Below are positions 20,321 to 24,161 of a DNA stretch of 24,161 nt, in pieces (the stretch's first letter is position 1; every line of letters begins with the position of its first letter). Source of the DNA: Eledone cirrhosa (lineage: Eukaryota); the NCBI GenBank assembly GCA_964016885.1, contig CAXHJY010000319.1, positions 1 to 24,161 of the forward strand, in the 5' to 3' direction. The position numbers were made by a program, and so were the translations under genes. Below the pieces are notes generated by a model that saw only the letters and a list, made by a program, of their open reading frames with translations, had not been told where the DNA came from and did no database searches.

Positions 20321-20435
20321 TGTTTCTACTTTTGGCACAAGGCCAGCAATTATCCCAGTGCATTACTGGTACTTTATTTTATCGACCCCGTAAGGATGAA
20401 AGGCAAAGTTAACCTAGGCGGGATTTGAATTCAGA
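20321..20435 (-). mobile_element. Family-1 SINE, 5'-truncated, with 12-bp TSD
   Basis: Reverse complement of about 19665-19780 with few differences. ATGTACAATAAT lies at 20309-20320 and 20436-20447. Confidence 0.92.
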
Positions 20436-20829
20436 ATGTACAATAATGTACATTAGTTGGTATTAGAAATATCTTAATGACTGAAGGGAAATTACACAGG
20501 GATGCCATAAATATTATTAAATATTATTATATATGATGGCTATAATTCCATTGGTATCTTTGTGTGAATAGTATTCCTGAATAATTTCCCTCCAGTATTG
20601 TTGAATAACCTCATAAAGCTCTACCTGCTTGTTAATGGCACACAAATGTAGCCCAATAAATACGTTATCTCTTTCTTCATGTTATCTGTCAGTATAGTAG
20701 CAGATAAATATTCTATTCAGTTTGCTATTTGACCTTTATTAATATGTTTTGGGATGGATGTGATGAATTACATTGCAAATAGATGAGAAAGACTTGTTTA
20801 ATATATGGATAGTTTGAGCACAGGAATGA

Positions 20830-20935
20830 CTGTCTGGTTACAGTTTTGATCCCACTGTGAGGCACTTTGAACAAATGTGTTCTACTAGAGTTTTGGATTG
20901 ACCAAAATTTAGTAGACATCTATTGTCTGAAAGCC
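20830..20935 (+). mobile_element. Decayed fragment of the second SINE family
   Basis: GATCCCACTGTGAGGCACTTTGAACAAATGTGTTCTACTA..GACCAAA..GTAGAC is similar to 11622-11710 (inverse) and to a recalled octopus SINE. Confidence 0.45.
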
Positions 20936-21124
20936 TCATAATTCACCTGCAAACGTGTATTCTTTACTAATTTATATCAACACAGGAGGATATAAATAAA
21001 TGGTATTCTAGGAATTAAAGTCCTTGCATGAGGTTAGACATTCTCTAGATATTTTCCCCTGAGCCAGTGATTAACTTATTAAAAACTTGTAACAAATGAT
21101 GCAATTACTCACGAATTGAGATAT

Positions 21125-21175
21125 AAATTAATTAATTGATCACTTAATTAATTAATTAATTAATTAATTAATTAT
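21125..21175. repeat. (TTAA)n self-complementary tetranucleotide repeat
   Basis: TTAATTAATTAA... run, perfect over about 21145-21172. Confidence 0.9.
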
Positions 21176-21938
21176 TTAAATAAATGAATATGATGAACCA
21201 ATTATTTAAAATTTATTATGGTTGGTGTTTGACAATCCAGTATTATGGTGAGAGAGAGAAATTAGTTATGGAGAGATTGTTTGGTTTTGTATGTGAGTGT
21301 GTTTGGATCAAATATGATGGTGTGTTTGAATCAAATGCAACATTCAGTGTATTTGAAAAGAAGCCATATAATTATTATAATCAGAATAATAATTATTGAT
21401 ATTATAATGGAGCATACTTTAAGTTGTTAGTGACGTAAGAATACAACCTGATATTCTTTTTCTATTTCAAATATTTTCACAGATATTATTAATGGCAACA
21501 TAGAAAGCCATAGGTGCCACACCTTCCTATATTCCTTTGACTTTATGCAAATGTAACTGTTATTATTGTAATTTGTATTCAAACCTACATGTGAATTATT
21601 TACAAATCTTTTTGATTCTCAACTGGAACTGCTTTATTGATATATTTAATAATATTTAGAAGTAGATGCGTCATAGTCAAATAATTAAGAATTTCACTTT
21701 GCAATCCCTGAATTCATAGACTCAAGTTGACCTAAGGCTCGTGAGTGCAAGTGGGTAAATGAAAACTGTTCAGAAGCTAATCTGATGGACTGCACCTGTG
21801 ATTCAAAGGGCCACACTTGTCACACACCATACTGTGCTGAGTACATGCATCCATGGAATGTTTAGCTACTTACACTAATTCTACTAGCTGGTTGGAATAC
21901 GCATCATTGAAAACAATGGAGGTCCATTTCATTCTATC

Positions 21939-22180
21939 AAATTGCTGGCCTTGTGCCAAAAGTAAGAACAATTATTAAGAGATTGGCAGAATCTTTAGGG
22001 CACCAGACAAAATGCCTTGTGACATTTGTTCCAGGACAATACATTCTGAGTTCAAATTATGCCGAGGTCAGCTGGTGTCAATAAAATAAAGTACCAGTTA
22101 AGTACTGGGGTTGATTTAATCACTATCCTCCTTTTTTCAAATTGCTGGCCTTGTGTCGATATTAGAAAGTATTGTTATTT
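21939..22180 (+). mobile_element. Family-1 SINE 3' stub (21939-21977) followed by an older near-full copy (21978-22180)
   Basis: AAATTGCTGGCCTTGTG occurs twice. The second copy has GATTGGCAGAATC, TCTGAGTTCAAAT and ATAAAATAAAGTACCAGT. Confidence 0.8.
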
Positions 22181-22561
22181 CTTTGACAGTTTCATGTGAA
22201 TTTCTACTGGATTATTAAGTGCTCCTCTATGTTCCTGAGGTGTATGCAGCATTGTGTGTTCTTATATTTGTGGTAAGGCAGGGTATAGACACCTCCTCTT
22301 AATGTACTGCAAATGTCATGTTTTGTTGTAGGATTTAGCTTGAAGCTTCTCGATATATTTTAATGTTTTTTTATATGAGATGTGTTCTTTTATTGGGTAT
22401 TAATCCTGTAGAGTATATGTTGTATGAGTTGTTATTTTAATAGGTGCCTATTCTATAGTGTGTTTGTGGTCTGTGGAGATTGTTCTATTTGATCTGAGCT
22501 ATTGAATCAATAATGTCTTGCACAGGATGTGGGCCGATCCTAACAGAGCTATTTTTTGTAT
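22175..22561 (-). mobile_element. R4/Dong-like LINE extreme 3' end (ORF C-terminus plus probable 3' UTR)
   Basis: 22561..22499 translates IQKIALLGSAHILCKTLLIQ*, matching the QKxALLGTAHILRK C-terminus. ATT repeats flank both sides. The UTR extent is inferred. Confidence 0.7.
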
Positions 22562-22763
22562 TATTATTATTGTATCTTCCCTGTTTGCCTCTCTTTAAAC
22601 ATCTGAGTTTTTATGGTATATACAAAAAATAGTAATTATTTTCATCATCACTAATATTTTCAATGTTATCAACATTGCCAACTCTTTCATTTCCATACCT
22701 CTCACTTTCACTCTTATCTCTTTTCATTCACTTTCTCTTTCATCTTCTAGTACTTTAACTATG

Positions 22764-22805
22764 TCTCTTCTCTCTCTCTCTCTCACTCTGTCTCTTTCTC
22801 TCTCA

Positions 22806-22841
<36 letters not shown>
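22764..22841. repeat. (TC)n microsatellite, imperfect
   Basis: Directly visible. Confidence 0.95.
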
Positions 22842-22844
<3 letters not shown>

Positions 22845-22924
22845 AAAGTATGTACCACACCCCTGTAGTATTTTCTTTCTTTGTTGATTCTGTAGTCAAA
22901 AGATCTATTTCAGATACAGAAAAC

Positions 22925-22976
<52 letters not shown>

Positions 22977-22999
22977 CATTATTATTATTATCATTATTA
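22925..22999. repeat. (TTA)n microsatellite
   Basis: Directly visible; source of the poly-L and poly-N ORFs. Confidence 0.97.
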
Positions 23000-23121
23000 G
23001 ACTGCACTGTATGCTGCCTTGTGCATGGTTTTGTTTAATGCTGTGCCATATTTGATATGCTGTTTGTTATTTGGGATTGAATTGAAAATTAATTGAATTT
23101 GTTTTAGGAGGTTTTATTCTG

Positions 23122-23149
23122 TGTTGTTGTTGTTGTTGTGTTGTTGTTT
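23122..23149. repeat. (GTT)n microsatellite
   Basis: Directly visible. Confidence 0.9.
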
Positions 23150-23477
23150 GGTCATTAATTACATTTTTACGTTTGACTTTTGAGTTTCCCAGTTGCTATT
23201 TATATCTAACTTTGTCGATAAGCTACTAAATGTTTCAGTCATTGACGAAAGTCAGTTGAACAGAGCAAGCCATCAAGAGAGTTTAAAATTAAAAGGAAAA
23301 TCAACCAAACACTACAACCAAAAATAATGTAAAAACCAGCCATTGTTTCTTTCTTATTTTACTCAGAATTTATTGCAAAAATCTAATTTTTTTCCAGGTT
23401 AATAAATGTATCATTGCGTGTAGTTTCTGTTTAGTTGTGAATACATATTCATATACAGACACATTTGTTTGTAAGTC

Positions 23478-23632
23478 ATATATTTATACAGACACATATA
23501 AATATATATATATATACACACATACAAATATATACATATATCTCTATATATATATGTGTGTGTGTATATATATATTTACATAAATATGTATTATACACAC
23601 ACATATATATATAAATATTTACATATATGTAC

Positions 23633-23674
<42 letters not shown>

Positions 23675-23735
23675 AACATGTACATGCATACACACATATT
23701 TATATGCATAGAGACACTATGGGTTATATATATCC
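23478..23735. repeat. Compound (AT)n/(AC)n/(GT)n microsatellite
   Basis: Directly visible; perfect (TA)n at about 23638-23672. Confidence 0.95.
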
Positions 23736-24161
23736 ATATAATGTTATGCTTGAGCTTAAAAACATGTAACTATTTATATGAATGTGTGGGAATATGAGTG
23801 TTAAGGCATACATATATATATATACCAATATATCAAGCCTTATATGTGTGAACATGTAAATAATAAAAAAATCAAGCACATGCACAAAGAATGTACATGT
23901 AGATATATACTACTTGTGAATTGTTGCTTCTGATATTACTGTTGTTACTATTGCTATTGTTGGTGTTTTTCGTTGCATAGTTTATCATTTTTTTTTGAAG
24001 TCATATATATGCCTCTCTTTTTATTCAATCATTTAAGATACATTTATTGATGTGCCTTATGGTTGTATCCTACGAATAAATTTACCTTACATTCCTTTAG
24101 TTCAGTTGTAAAAGATACTGGAACATCTTTATGGAAAATACTCATTAATTAAATCTATTAT

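Noticed and set aside
9665-20919. Remaining 60-116-aa ORFs
   Set aside because: Lengths expected by chance; they overlap SINE, MITE or LINE debris or lack any motif.
21184-21560. 71-aa ORF and a GTAAG...TTTTCACAG 48-nt intron candidate (21435-21482)
   Set aside because: Splicing gives no sustained open frame, and the peptide resembles nothing I recognise.
22783-23709. Poly-N, poly-L and YI-repeat ORFs
   Set aside because: Direct translations of (TTA)n, (TC)n and (AT)n microsatellites.

Overview
AT-rich eukaryotic, apparently non-genic (intergenic or intronic) DNA. The repeat families resemble those I recall from octopus (coleoid cephalopod) genomes; this is inference, not a search result. 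Bases 1-~9600 are one tandem array of a 24-bp unit (CATTCTGTTCACCATC[T/C/A]TCCTCCT, about 400 copies, open at the left edge). It has diagnostic variants, 120-144-bp higher-order periods and multi-kb internal duplications. All the giant ORFs in the track come from this unit, and none can be shown to be a real gene. The remaining 14.5 kb is a mosaic of tRNA-type SINEs (including two insertions sharing one 15-bp target), four decayed pieces of an R4/Dong-like restriction-endonuclease LINE, an RTE LINE 3' end, TTAA-ended MITE-like elements and microsatellites. I found no confident host exon, RNA gene or CRISPR array.
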